Below, piece by piece: positions 1-12,225 of a DNA stretch of 64,000 bases. The translations under genes and the position numbers were made by a program. This DNA comes from Squalus acanthias (lineage: Eukaryota). Where the stretch lies: positions 158,226,001-158,290,000 of the forward strand of contig CM059431.1 of the NCBI GenBank assembly GCA_030390025.1, written 5' to 3'. Each line of letters starts with the position of its first letter. The first letter of the stretch is position 1. The notes beneath the pieces are model-generated. The model was not told the DNA's origin, ran no database searches, and worked only from the letters and a program-made list of their open reading frames with translations.

Positions 1-155
1 ATTATACACGGACCTTCAAAAAGCCTTCAATAGGGTACAGCATAGAAGACTCATGACTTCAGAGCATTTGAATTCAGGGGCCTGTAGAAGATTGGATAAC
101 AAACTGTCTTAATTCAGGAAGCAGGCAGTAGGCGTTAAGGGTAGTTATTCAGGCT
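1..155 (+). mobile_element. CR1 LINE ORF2 (RT) fragment, degraded
   Basis: Translates to YTDLQKAFNRVQHRRL, matching the CR1 RT motif seen intact in this window as YLDFQKAFDKVPHERL (ORF 62138-63106). Confidence 0.75.
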
Positions 156-834
156 ATTTGTATTTTTCTGATGTTTGCTCTGCTAATGTCCTTCACCTTC
201 TCGCTCAAATTCTAAGCTAAATGGCCTGCTTGTGTCTACATTTCAGATTGCCACACAAAGTCAGTTGCTTTGAAGAAAATAGTTCTTCCTATTTAATTTC
301 ATCCTTCTACTGCACGAACTCTCTCCATTACAGCATCCAACTAGTTGTAAATTGATTTCTGTGAACCTCTCTTAATTAAATGTTTCTAGTACCCCCGTTA
401 GCGCTATACACCACCATTTCAACACTTTTCCTTCAAAGCAAACAGTTTTACTTCCGCGAGGCTCTTTTTCAAGTATGCAGACGGTGCTAACTGTGAAGTC
501 GTTTCTGTTTTAAATTCGTGATGGTGCTCAAAATTGTGAACTGCATCAATCTCAGCTGATGATAAGCCACATATCCTGGGTACTTATAATGACTGCCCAC
601 TCTCAGATTTATTTGTTTAAATATTATTACTTTTAGACATACCTTTGTGTTACAAGATTATCAGTGGCCAAATGTACGCAACTTTACCCGAAAAAAATTA
701 AACTGCAGCTATGCTGTTGCCTTTCCATCAATATATGGCATATTACCACGATAATTGATACCAACGGAGCAGCATAACTCCGAATTGAGGCCAAAACGTA
801 ACTCCGAATGCACCACCGCCATATTTATTGAAAT

Positions 835-1262
835 GCATAGAATATAATTACGAGAATGTTACAGCACAAAAACTGACCATTCAGCCCAACAGATCTATGG
901 TGGAGTCTATTCCCCACACAAAACTCTCCCATCTTAATTCATCTCACCCTATCAACACATCCTGCTGTTAATTTCTCTCCCGTGAACTAACCTAGCTTGC
1001 CCTTAAATGCATCTATGCTAATCGCCTAAACCACACAATGTGGCAGCGAGTTCAGCATTCTCACCATTCTGAATAACGATGTTTCTGCTGAATTCCCAAC
1101 TTGATTTATTAGTGGCTATAACATATTTATAGCAGCTAGCTTTGCACTCCCCCAGAACCGGAAATATTTTCTCAACGTCTACCCTATCCAACCCGTTCAT
1201 AACAATAAAGACATATTATGGGTCATACCTGAGGTTTCTCTCTTCACTCTTTCCTGATAGTT
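835..1262 (-). mobile_element. CR1 LINE 3' end fragment
   Basis: ORF 1018-1200 begins MNGLDRVDVEKIFP, like the CR1 ORF2 C-terminus. The reverse-complemented 3' UTR (catagaa...tacagcac...ccattcagcccaac) resembles those at 1953 and 16329. Confidence 0.8.
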
Positions 1263-1382
1263 ACACTTAGAAAGTCTTACACTATATGCATTTCAGAATG
1301 TGTGGGTAGTTCCAGTCCATCGTGGAAAGTCGGAGTTTGCAGAATATGTTTAAGATCAGCCTCTATGTTATTTAACCATCCG

Positions 1383-1819
1383 TCGCATCCTTGCCTCTGT
1401 GTCAGAAGGTTGTGGTTTCAAATACCACTCCAGAGACTTGAGCTGAACGGCTAGGCTTAAACTCCAGTGCTGTACTGACGGAGCGCTGCATTGTCGGAGG
1501 TTCCGTCTTTCAGATGAGACGTTAAAACTCTACTCTCTGGTGGACATAGAGATTCCAATGGCACTATTTCGAAGAATAGCAAGCGAGTTATCCCTGATGG
1601 CCTGGCCATTATTTATCCCTCAAGCAACATCACTAAAACAGATTATCGGACCATTATCACATTGCGGATTGTGGGAGCTAGGTGCGCACATATTGGCTGC
1701 CGCGTTCTCTACATTACAACAGTGACTATACTTCAAAGTATTTAATTGGCTGTAAAGCGTTTTGGGATGTCCTGTGGTCATGAAAGGCGCTATATAAATG
1801 CAAGTCTTTCTTTCTTTTA
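1383..1819 (+). mobile_element. tRNA-headed Deu-domain SINE (DeuSINE, SacSINE1/AmnSINE-like)
   Basis: B-box-like ggtttcaaatacc (~1414); central ggaggttccgtctttcagatgagacgttaaa...atggcact resembling the Deu domain as I recall it; L2-type tail aaagcgttttgggatg...aaaggcgctatataaatgcaag ending in (tctt)n. Confidence 0.75.
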
Positions 1820-1952
1820 TCATTGGTACCGATCTTTTATAATACAAACAAACCACCTACAGTGGAGCTGTTGATTTACATTAGATGCATTGAGTTAACC
1901 AATGCTTCTCACGTCACAGACACTTTGCCAGAAAAAGCAAATGGACAGACAT

Positions 1953-4900
1953 TACATAGAATTTCATTGGATATACAGCACATAAACAAGCCATTCGGCC
2001 CAACCAGTCCTTGCCGGCGATTATTCTCTACTCGAGCCTCCTCCCGTTTTTTCAAATCTAACTCTTTCAGCATAACCCTCTATTCTCTTCTCCCTCATCT
2101 GCTTATACAACCAACCCTTAAATGCATCGACACTCTTCGCTTAAACCACTCCCTGTGGTAGCGAGTTCCACGTTCTCACCACTCTCTTGGTAAATAATTC
2201 ATTCTCAATTTCCTATTTGATTTCTTGGTGACTATCTTATATTGATGGTCTCGAGTTATGATCTTCCCCGCAAGTGGAAACACCCTCTCTGTATCTAATC
2301 TATCAAAACCTTATATAATTTTAAAGACCTCGATTATATCGCCCCTCAGCCTTCTCTTTTCAAGACAAAGGGGACCCAGCCGGTTCACCTTTTCCTGATA
2401 TGTATACCCTCGCATTTCAAATATAATCCTTGTAAATCTTATCTGCACCCTCTCCAGTGCCTCTATCTTTTTAGAATACGGCGACCAGAATTGTATGCAA
2501 TACTCCAAGTATGGTCTAACCAACGTTCGATACAAGTTTAGCATAACATCATTACTTTTCAAATCTATTCCTCTAGAAATAAACCTTAGTGTTTGGTTTG
2601 CTTTTTTATGCACTTGTTAACCTGTATAGCTACTTTCAGTGATTTGTATATTTGTTCTCCGAGATCCCTTTGGTCCTCTAATCCATTTAGATTCATTTTT
2701 TTCCAAGCAATATGTTACCTTCCTATTTTACTTACCAAAATTTAATACCACACATTTATCTGTGTTGAATTTCAATTGACAATTATGTGCACATTCTACA
2801 AGCATATTAGTGTCCTCCTGTAATGTTTTGCAGTTCTCTTCAGTATTTACTATTACTCCCCCTCCCTCAATTTGGTTTCGTCTGAAAATTTAGAAATTGT
2901 GTTTTTGATTCCAAAGTCTGAATCGTTAATATAAATTGTGAACAACAGTGGTCCCAGCACTGATCCTTGTGGCATACATTTTCTCAGCTTCTGCCATTCT
3001 GAATAGTGACTCTTTACGCGTACACTCTGCTATCTGTCTTGAAGCCAGCTAGCTATCCATTCTGCTACTTGTCCCCTGACTCTGTATTCCCGACTTCATT
3101 CATTAGTCTATTATCTGGTACCTTATCGCAGGACTTTTGAAAATCTAGATAAATTACATCTACTAAATTAATACATTACCCTTGTCTACTCACTCTGTTA
3201 CCTCTGCAACAAATTCACTCAGATTGGCCAAGCAAGGCTTTCCCTTTTGAAATCAATGCTATTTATTAGTATTATATTTTCCGTTGCTGGGTGCTTTTCT
3301 ATTTTCTTCTTTAGAAGGGATTCCATCAATTTTTCTACCACTGATATTAAACTGACTGATCTATAGTTCACTAGGCATGTTCTATCTCCCTTCATAATTA
3401 TAGGTATTATGTTAGCTGTCTGCCAGTGCTTTAGCACCATACCTTTTTCTAACGAATTGTTAAATATGTGTAGTAATGCCTCTGCTATCTCTTCCCTAGA
3501 TTATTTTAAAATGCGCAGATGTAATCCGTCTGGAGCAGGGGTTTTATCCTTTTTGAGTTTCATTTGTTTATTTAATCTATATCCTCGTTTTATTTTAAAT
3601 GAAGTTATCTCATTACTAATCTCATCATTCAATGTTATGTCTACCTGTTCTATCTCCCTGGTAAATACTGAAGCAAAGTAATTATTTAATATTTCTGCCA
3701 TCAATCTATCGCTGCCAATGGTATTATAATGTTCAGTACTTATTGGCCCTATTCCAATCGCGAATGTTCTTTCTGTTGATGTCCCTGTACAATATTTTAC
3801 TATTTTCTTTTATGTTTCTCTTTAACTTAATGTCATAGTTCCACTTTGCCTTCCTAATTATTTTTTGCCTTCTCTCCTAATCCCTTCGTATTCTCCACTT
3901 ATCGTGCTCTCCCCTGCTGTCCATGTACTTAATGTAAGCCTTTTTCCTTACCCCCAGTTTTTCCCTTATGGCTTTATTGATCCACGGTGTCTCATTAATG
4001 TTCAGTTTGTTCTTGTTTTTTAACGGAATATATATTTCCTGGACTCTGTTGAACACCGTTTTAAATGTTTTGCATTGCTGTTCTACGTCATTTTTTGCCA
4101 ATATTGTTGTCCATTTTGTTTTCCCAAGTTCTATTCTCAGCGTCTCAAAATCAGCTTTTCTCCAATCTATTACCCTGTCACACTTATGTCCTTCTCAATT
4201 ATTAGCTGAAATCGTATTATATTATGGTCACTATTTCCCAGATTTTCCCCTACTTTTACTTTACTTATCTGCTGTGGTTCATTCGCCATTATTAGTTCCA
4301 ATGGGAAATCCTCCCTTGTTGGGTTGATTACATATAGGGTTAGAAAGGAGTCATGTACACATTGTAAGAACTCCATTCACTTATCCCGTTTACCTACCTC
4401 TTCGGTCCAATTAATATTCGGATAGTTGAAGTCCTCCATGATTACTATTCTATGCGTTTTAATCATTTTCCTAATTTGTTTGCATATCTCGTCCACCATC
4501 TTCCTTCTACTATTAGCTGGTCTGTAGGTTAGACCTATTAATGCGAATGATCCTTTATTATCTTTTATCTCTATCTGCATTAATTATTTTCTGTCTTGCT
4601 GATAGCTGCGTCACTTTTCTACACTGCCATTGTGTGATCCTTAATTGGTACAGCTACTCCGCCTCCCCCTTTTCCGTCTCTTTTTTCTAAATATTTTATA
4701 CCCTGCAATGTTTAATTGCCAGTCCTGATTTTTCTTGTAGCCATGTCTGAGTAATCCCCAATATCACTGATTCCTCGCAATGTATGATTGCTTCCACCTC
4801 CCTTGTTTTATTACGGACACTATGTGCATTGCTGTACGGAGAGATTAACACATTATTAATAGCAGTTGCTCTCACTTTAGTTTTAACAATCGTTTTACTC

Positions 4901-4995
4901 TACTGTTCTAAAACTATATTTTGTCTCTGGCCATCAATATCCTTCCTTACATTACTCTTTCCTATGCTCTCCTTACCAGTTTTGTATATATTTAG
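1953..4995 (-). mobile_element. CR1 LINE, ORF2 (APE endonuclease + RT) and 3' UTR, many stops and frameshifts
   Basis: Minus ORFs give MEDFNYPNINW, GNSDHNII, LNNYFASVFT, APDGLHLRILK, NYRSVSLISVVEKLMES and LVRPYLEYCIQFWSPY in collinear order. Confidence 0.92.
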
Positions 4996-4997
4996 GC

Positions 4998-6540
4998 TGG
5001 TTTCTGAGTGCAATTTGATCAGAGCGCTTGAGTTGGGTGAGTGATGGAGTATTAACTGTTTTCTAAAAATCAAACTTTTGTTTGTTTCACATTTACTGTT
5101 ACTGTTTAAAATCTAAATTTCCCAGCCTTAAGCAGGGACAAACAGGGATATACAAGGCCTGCAATTCAGAGCAGCTGAAGGCAGTTAATTAGGGAAACTA
5201 GATTAAACTGGTTTTCCTGTAGCAGGGCTCAGCCAGTTCCTTTGTTTCAGGACCTATAAAAATAGGCTTAGCAGTGCCTTTTGCACTAAGTGCGGTTTGA
5301 ACCGATTGCTGGAGATGCGTCAGTGAGGGAGTTAGGTGACGAGTGCAAAGAGGAGCTCCCTTGCTTCGCCTTTGCTTTTCCTAAATTTTCACCCTGTAGA
5401 CATTGTTTCTTACTTTACACCCAGGAAGAGTCCGAGATCGGGAGCAGTCAAACATAACAACAACAACTGCAAAACCTCTAACGTGACGTCACAACCAGGG
5501 AAGGAGCTGATTGGTAATTAGGACCTGGTGAGTATTTCTACAATCCAATCGTTAAAGTAAAGTAGGGTCTCTAGTTTGGAGTAATTAGCGTGTAAAGTGA
5601 AGTAAAGTCCCCAGTATATTTAATATTCTTTAATTTAGAGGGATTAAAGGAAGTAAATTAAGGATAGGACATGGCAGGCATCTCAGCAGCGTGGACTGCT
5701 CTTCCTGTGCTTTGTGGGAAGTCAGGGACACTTTCGGTGTCCAGGGCGAACAAGTGTGCACAATGTGTCTCCAGCTGTAGCTACTCGAAATCCGCGTTTC
5801 GGAGCTGGAGCTGCGGCTGGAGTCATTGTGAAGCATCCGCGAAGCTGAGATCTTCGAAGATAGCACGTTTATCGAGGTGGTCATACCGCAGGTAAAGAAT
5901 GCACAGGCAGAAAGGGAATGGGTGACCGGCAGACAACGTAAAAGAACTACGAAGGTAGTGCAGGAGTGCCCTGGGTCCATCTCCCTCTCCAACAGATTTT
6001 TCGTTTTGGATACTGCGGGTGAGATGGTTTCTCAGGGGAATGCAGCAAGAGCCAAGTCCGTGGCACTACAAGCGGCTCAGCTGCACAGGAGGGGAGGAAA
6101 ACGAGTGGGAGAGCAATAGTGATATAGGGGATTCTGTCGTAAGGGGAACAGATAGACGTTTCTGTGGCCGCAGACGTGACTCCAGGATGGTATGTTGACT
6201 CCCTGGTGCCAGGGTCAAGGATTTCAATGAGCGGCTGCAGGCCATTCTGAAGGGGGAGGGTGAACAGCCAGAGGTCGTGGTCCATATCGGCTCCATATAG
6301 GTAGAAAGAGGGACGAGGTCCTGCAAGCAGAATATAGGGAGCTAGGAAATAAATTAAAAAGCAGGACCTCAAAGGTAGTCATCTCAGGATTACTCTTGGT
6401 GCCACGTGCTAGCGATAGCAGAAATAGGAGAATAGACCAGATGAATGCGTGGCTGGAGAGATGGTGTAGGAGGGAGGGATTTAAATTCCTGAGGCATTGG
6501 GACCGATTCTGGGGAAGGTGGGACCTGTACAAGCTGGATA
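4998..6540 (+). mobile_element. CR1 LINE 5' UTR + ORF1 (zinc finger/leucine zipper + SGNH esterase), lacking ORF2
   Basis: From 5671, frameshifted CSSCALWE...CTMC...RVSELELRLE; GDSVVRGTDRRFCGRRRDSRMV at ~6128; NAWLERWCRREGFKFLRHWDRFWGRWDLYKLD ending at ~6540. Perfect TGACGTCA at 5484-5491 in the UTR. Confidence 0.88.
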
Positions 6541-6870
6541 CCACCTCCCTGTTTGCCCTTTCCGCCAGGACACGGGTCTCTTCGGTACAGCTCCTTTTTG
6601 TCCCAGTACTTGTGCCAGTGTTCCATGAAAAGGAACCCCTTTTTCCACACCAGCCCTTTAGCCACGTGTTAATTCTCCTGATATAACTTTCTGTGCCAAT
6701 TAACACGTGGCTCGGGCAATAATCCAGAGATTATTACCCTCGAGGTGCTGCTGTTTTATTTATCTCTTCACTCCTCATACTCCCTACCTATGCCGTTTGT
6801 TCCGATATGGACCACTGCAACTGGATTGATGCCCTCCCTTACCAAATTCCCCCCCAGCCGCCACGGGATA
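6541..6870 (-). mobile_element. CR1 ORF1 esterase fragment of a different subfamily
   Basis: Minus ORFs give RINTWLKGWCGK, GFLFMEHWHKYWDKKELYRRD and VLAERANREV. Confidence 0.8.
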
Positions 6871-7434
6871 TCACTTAAGTAGGTGAAACAGCATTCGGAA
6901 TTCTCATTCTTGGAATGGTTGAACCAAGGTTAAGCATAAATTTGGCAGAGGGACAAGAAATTGAAATCTTAGTGACAACACTGCGCTAGTCCCAGATAAA
7001 AATGGCTAACTCTGTCTGGGCTGCCGACTCAAACCTGCACGGTTTTCCATTTAATCGACGGCCAGTTCAATATCAACAGTTTTACACAATCGGCTTCAGT
7101 TAAAATTACCCCCACTGTGTTCACTCAATCGTCAACTTCATGTTGTTTGTTTCAAACAAACAACGCTCCCATAACGTCCTCTGAGTTATGGATGGATATT
7201 CATGAGTAGTGAATCACTGACTGGGGTTAGAATTTGACTGCAGTTAATCGAAAAATATGAGGAGGGGAGAATATCAAATTCTCGTTAGCATTTTAGAATG
7301 TATTACATTTAACCAACACTATATCATCTCAATAAAACAGTTTAGAAACGTCCAAGGTATGGTGAGCTGTGCAATGACTATATACTTTCAGTTATCTAAT
7401 ATTTACTCTATCGCAACGATAACTAATCATAATC

Positions 7435-8300
7435 TTTCGATAAAAACAGTATCAAAGGATGATACAGCACAAAACGTGGACATTCGCCCCATCGTGGATG
7501 GGCCGGCTCCTTTAAAGAGCTATCCAATTATTCACATTACCGTACTCTTGCCTTATAGCTTTGCAAATTTTCACCTTCAAGTATGTATCCCATTCACTTT
7601 TAACAGTGTCTATTGAATCTGTTTCCAGTACGATTTCAGGCAGTGAATTCCAGAAGATAACGAGTTGCTTCGTAATTATTTTCCCTCATGTCGCCTCCGG
7701 TATCACTTTCCAATTAGCTACAGTCTGTGTCCTCTGGTTACACGACTCTTCAGCCACTAGAAACAGTTTCCCAATATTTGCTCTAGCAAAACACCTCATG
7801 ATTTTGAACACCTATATCAAATCTCCCCTTAACGGTCTTTGTTCTAATGAGAGAAATCGCATCTTCTTCAGTCCCGCCATATAATTGAAGTCCTGCATCG
7901 CTGATACCATTGAGTAAATCTCCTCTGCACCCTCTCTAGGGCCTTGACATCTTTCCTAATAGATGCTGAACAGAATATGCCACAATTCTCCACCTCGGGC
8001 CTAATCATAGTTTCCTAAATGTTTAGCATATCCTCCTTGCTTTTGTGCTCTATGCATCTCTTTATAAAGTCAAGAATCACACATGCCTTTTTTTAACAGC
8101 CTTCTTAACTTCTACTGATACCTTCAAAGATGTGAGTACGTACACCCCCAGGTCTCTCTTCTCCTGCAGCCCCTTTAAAATGTTACCATTTATTTTACAC
8201 TGCTTCTCCATGTTCTTCTATCCAAAATGCTTTACTTCGCACTTCTCTGCATTGAATTTCATCTGCGTGTGTCTGCCCAATTCAACAGTTAATCTATGTC
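7435..8300 (-). mobile_element. CR1 LINE 3' fragment, old
   Basis: 3' UTR-like gatacagcac...cattcgccc, and ctcctctgcaccctctc (antisense of ERVQRR) homologous to the other CR1 copies here. Confidence 0.8.
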
Positions 8301-9381
8301 CTTTCCTAGTTTCTATGTTACAAGGTGCTCTGAAACATTCTTGAAATAGCCATTATTATAAATGTTGTGGCTTTTTTTATTGATGTGTTGTATTAGTTGT
8401 GGACGGCGTGAGTTCGCACTGATAACATAACATCAAAAATATCGATTATAATTAAAACAGGGTACGTCTTTATGCATGACCACGCCTTATTTATTCTGCA
8501 CCTCTCATGTTAAAATTAATTGCTTGTGCAGGGCAAGCTGAAACATATTTCGCCAGTCTCATAGCAGAAGTGAATACAATTGGTGTCATGTTAGTTGTCC
8601 AACCATACCAGTTCAATCAATCACAGGAGCCAAAAGAATCAGCGGGTGAAATTTGACATTGACCGGGCCGCAAACGAGGCAGTATCGCCATCCGTTAAAA
8701 GATTGTACACATGTTGAATTGAACTACACTGTTGCTCAGGAAGGCCTCATCTGTCTCTATCCACATTATAGTCTCCAATACCAGGTATCTATTGGACAGT
8801 TCCAGTACTCAGGGCTCCCTCCACCTGTGAAGGCGTTGCCGCTCTAGAGGGTCACTCACTTCCCACTTTGTACTCATCCCCTGTCCTCTTCCATCTTCCT
8901 GTGTGAGCTGCAGGTTGAGGCACGAGATCTGGTCCCTTTGTCGTGACATAAATTATATTTTCAAGATTTTTGTGAACCTAGCTATGCCTTTTCTCATTAT
9001 TCTTGAAGATGTTCGATCTTTTCCCCTGTTTGGAACCAAGGCCATGCCGTTGACAGGCGTTCCCAGGTTCTGATGCTCTTTAATAAATATATTAATACGA
9101 GGGTTAGGCGGATATATTAATATGAGAAATAGAACGTTGCCTTATTAAACATGACAGCAAGTTTCTCCTCCCCTATCAGTACAGCAAACTGTTAGTTCTG
9201 AGTACCAGCATTTCGAGAGTGTTAGGATCACCACTCCAGATCATGTGCGACACAGACAGCTGCCCAGTGAAATCCATTGAGTCCCGCTGATCCTGCGTGT
9301 GCATTTTGTATGCCGCTCCAGATCCGAGCCGTGCACTTCTATTTCCTCTTTTTTCTCCCCTCTATTCCTTTTTTCTCTAAA

Positions 9382-9443
9382 TCATTTTCCTCGTAATCAC
9401 AAATAAAACTGTTGGACTATAACCTAGTGTTTTGCGACTTCTC
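9382..9443 (+). mobile_element. 62-bp micro-insertion (probable Penelope-family terminal fragment) with ~15-bp TSD
   Basis: Absent from the paralogues (22360, 53400); flanked by ccttttttctctaaa (9367-9381) and ccttttctctctaaa (9444-9458); same sequence recurs inverted at 50919-50967. The family assignment is from memory. Confidence 0.7.
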
Positions 9444-9539
9444 CCTTTTCTCTCTAAACCTACCTGATCGCTCTCTCCAGACGTCATGCCTCCTTTCATC
9501 TCTCTTCTTTCGGATACGCTGCCCTCCCAAATCCGTACA

Positions 9540-11565
9540 GCATCCTTCCACATCACGCTTCTCCCTCAAACTTACTTCATTCTATGTCGAAAAAGCTCTC
9601 TTCCAACTCTCTTAACATTTCCACTTATGAAATTCCAGCTGTCCAGCTTTTGGTTCTCCATTCACCACGACATTTCTACAGCTACCTATCTGCTCAACCA
9701 CAACTTCACCGCCAACATCGATGCCCTAGTCCCTATTAAATAAATCACACTGTTTCACCCTGGCTTTCCAACTGGTACAGCCCTCATCTTCGCTCCCTTA
9801 ATTCCAAGAGACACTGACTTGAACGGATATGGCGGACAATGGGTTTAACCATTTGCCGCCAGATCTGGCTGGACCACATAAAGCATTATCGGGGCCTTGT
9901 CTCGTCTGCCAAAATTGCTCACTATTGCAGAATAATTCTGGAATGCAAAGATAAACCCCGGCTTCTATTCTCCACTGCTAACCATCTTCTTAAACCCCTA
10001 TTCCCGGTCTCCTCCACGCTCACATCCGACAACAAGTGCGAGGAGCTCAAGAACTTCTTTGTCTCTAAAATTAAGACAATCCGATCAGCTGCCTCTACCA
10101 CTCCTCATCCTTTCCCTAACTCAGCGGGCCAAACATCCTCTGAGGCTCCACCCTGCCCTAGCCCTGAACTCGCATTATTTTCCAGTTTCTCTCCGATTTC
10201 CTCCCCAGAACTCTCCGCGCTCATCTTGTCCATGAAACACAATTCCTGCTCGCTCGAACCTATTCCCACCAAACTGCTGACCACTCAAATTCCTCTTCTG
10301 GCTCCCCTGTTAGCTGACATTGTTAACGGTTCTCTCTCCTCAGGTACTGACCCTTTCTCCTTCAAATCTGCCGTCATCAGCACTCTCCTCAAAAAAACGA
10401 CCCTCGACTCCTCCGTCCTTGCAAACTACCGCCCCAATTCCAAAGTCCGTTTCCGCTCCAAAGTCCTTGAACATGTTGTCACCTAACAAATCCATACCCA
10501 TCTTCCCCGGACCTCCATGTTTGAGCCCTCCAATCGGGTTTCCGCCCATGCCACATTACCGTAACGGCTCTCATCAAGGTCACAAATGATATCCTTTGTG
10601 ACTGCGACAAAGACAAACTGTCCCTCCTCGTCCTTCTCGTCTTCTCAGCAGACTTTCACACGGTTACCCACTCCACACTCCTCCAACGCCTTTCCACCGT
10701 CGTCCAGCTGGGTGGGACTGCAGTCGCCTGGTTCCATTCTTATCTATCATTGCCTGAGTATCACCTGCAGATCCTTCTCTTCCCACTCCCGTATCACTAC
10801 CTCTGGTGTGCCCCAACAAACCATTCTTGGCCCCCTCCTATTTATCTTCTACATGATGCCCCTTGACGACATCTTCGGAAAACACAGCTTCAGTTTCCAC
10901 ATGTACGCTGACGACACCCAGCTCTAATTCACTACCACTTCTCTCGACACCTCCACTGTCTCTAAATTGTATGACTGCTTGTCCGACATCCAGTTCTGGT
11001 TGAGCAGAAATTTTCTGCAGTTAAATATTGGGCAGACATTGTTTTCATTCCCAGTCACTGACTCCATCCCTCTCCCTAACATCTGTCTGAGGCAGAACCA
11101 CACTGTTCACAACCTTAGATTCATATTTGACACTGAAATGAGCCTGTGACCACATAACCGCGTCCTAACCAAGACCGCCTATTTAAACCTGCATCATCGC
11201 CTGTCTCCGCTCCTGCAACAGCACATCCGCTCCTGATACCCGCATTCATGCCTTTGTTACCTCTAGAATTGACGATTACAAAATAATCCTTGCTGGCCAC
11301 CCACGTTCTACCCTATGTAAATTAGAGGCCATCCTAAATTCGGGTGCCAGTGTCCTAACTCGCAACAAGTGCCATTCACCCATCACCCCTGTGCTCGCTG
11401 ACCTAGGTTGGATCCCGTCAAACAACGTTTCGATTTCAAAATTCTCACCCTTGTGTTCAATTTCCTCCATGACCATGCATCTCCCTACCTCTAATCTCGT
11501 GGACCAAGCTTTTACTCATCTGCTCCAATTTCTCCTTATGTGTCACGGTGTCAAATTTTGGTCTT
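9540..11565 (+). mobile_element. L2-clade LINE ORF2 remnant
   Basis: ORFs 9839-10486 (KPRLLFSTANHLL, LANYRP) and 10586-10927 ([23 protein letters not shown]). Its tail resumes at ~12030-12100. Confidence 0.9.
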
Positions 11566-11566
11566 A

Positions 11567-12030
11567 TAACAACAACTTGCATTTGTATAGCACCTTTAAT
11601 GCAATGAAACGTCCCAAGGCACTGCAAAGATGTATTGTAAGACATAAAAATTAATACCGAGCCACGTAATAATAAATTAGTGCAGGTAACCAAAACCTTA
11701 TTCAAAGAAGTAAGTTTTAAGGAGCATCTTATTGGAGGAAAGAGTTGTAGCGAGGCGGAGAGATTTAGGGAGGGAATTCCAGAGCTGAAGGCCGAGGCAG
11801 CACTGAGCGATTCTAAACAGGGTTGCTCAAGAGGGCAGAATTAGAGGAGCACAGATATCTCGGTGTGTTGTGGGAATAAAGGAGATTACAGAGATAGGGA
11901 GGGGCGAGGGCATGCAGTGATTTGAAAACACGAATGACAATATTGAAATCGAGGCGCTGCTTAACTGGGAGCAATGTTGGTGAGCGAGCACAGGGGAGTT
12001 GAACGGACGGGCCTTGGTGCGAGTTGGGAC
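11567..12030 (-). mobile_element. L2 3' fragment inserted antisense into the tail of the preceding L2
   Basis: Starts with reverse tail aacaacaacttgcatttgtatagcacc; ORF 11813-12055 has LPVKQRLDFNI...LHALAPPYLCNLL. Confidence 0.8.
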
Positions 12031-12180
12031 ACTGCTGTGAAACGCATTGGGACATTTTACTACGTTATCAGCGTTATATCAATACAAGTTTTTGTTGTTG
12101 ATCTCCACAACCGAGTTCCAGATGGGCTCCCGTCGGCCGAGACTCCGCACTGGGATCGCCCATTGGTGAGATTTACTCAC

Positions 12181-12225
12181 ACAGTACATGCCAAAATCAG
12201 CGTTATTCCTGAAGTAGAGAATAAT
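12181..12225 (-). CDS. Candidate 45-nt internal exon (IILYFRNNADFGMYC in phase 0), unidentified host gene
   Basis: Minus strand reads ...ccgctcctcagttccctgcAG|ATTATT...TACTGT|GTGAGT, with canonical acceptor and donor, length divisible by 3, in non-repeat DNA. No homology recognised. Confidence 0.35.

Larger units (their letters stand above)
8740..11645. repeat. Older segmental paralogue of part of the tandem unit (old CR1 ORF1 remnant + spacer + L2), without the RTE and Penelope insertions
   Basis: Collinear similarity to 21760-25570, 37370-41170 and 52790-56600 (e.g. ctctagagggtcactc...gatgctctttaataaatatattaat...cagtacagcaaactgttag), including the same L2 junctions. Confidence 0.85.

Noticed and set aside
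7142..7164. Perfect 11-bp hairpin gttgtttgttt-c-aaacaaacaac
   Set aside because: Low complexity and isolated; no supporting context.
8397..8407. Possible 11-nt plus-strand micro-exon (tattag|ttgtggacggc|gtgagt)
   Set aside because: Weak acceptor, not a multiple of 3, and no partner exon on that strand.
9170..9340. Segment shared by five paralogues as a conserved exon
   Set aside because: Copies differ by frameshifting indels and lack consistent splice sites; duplication alone explains the similarity.
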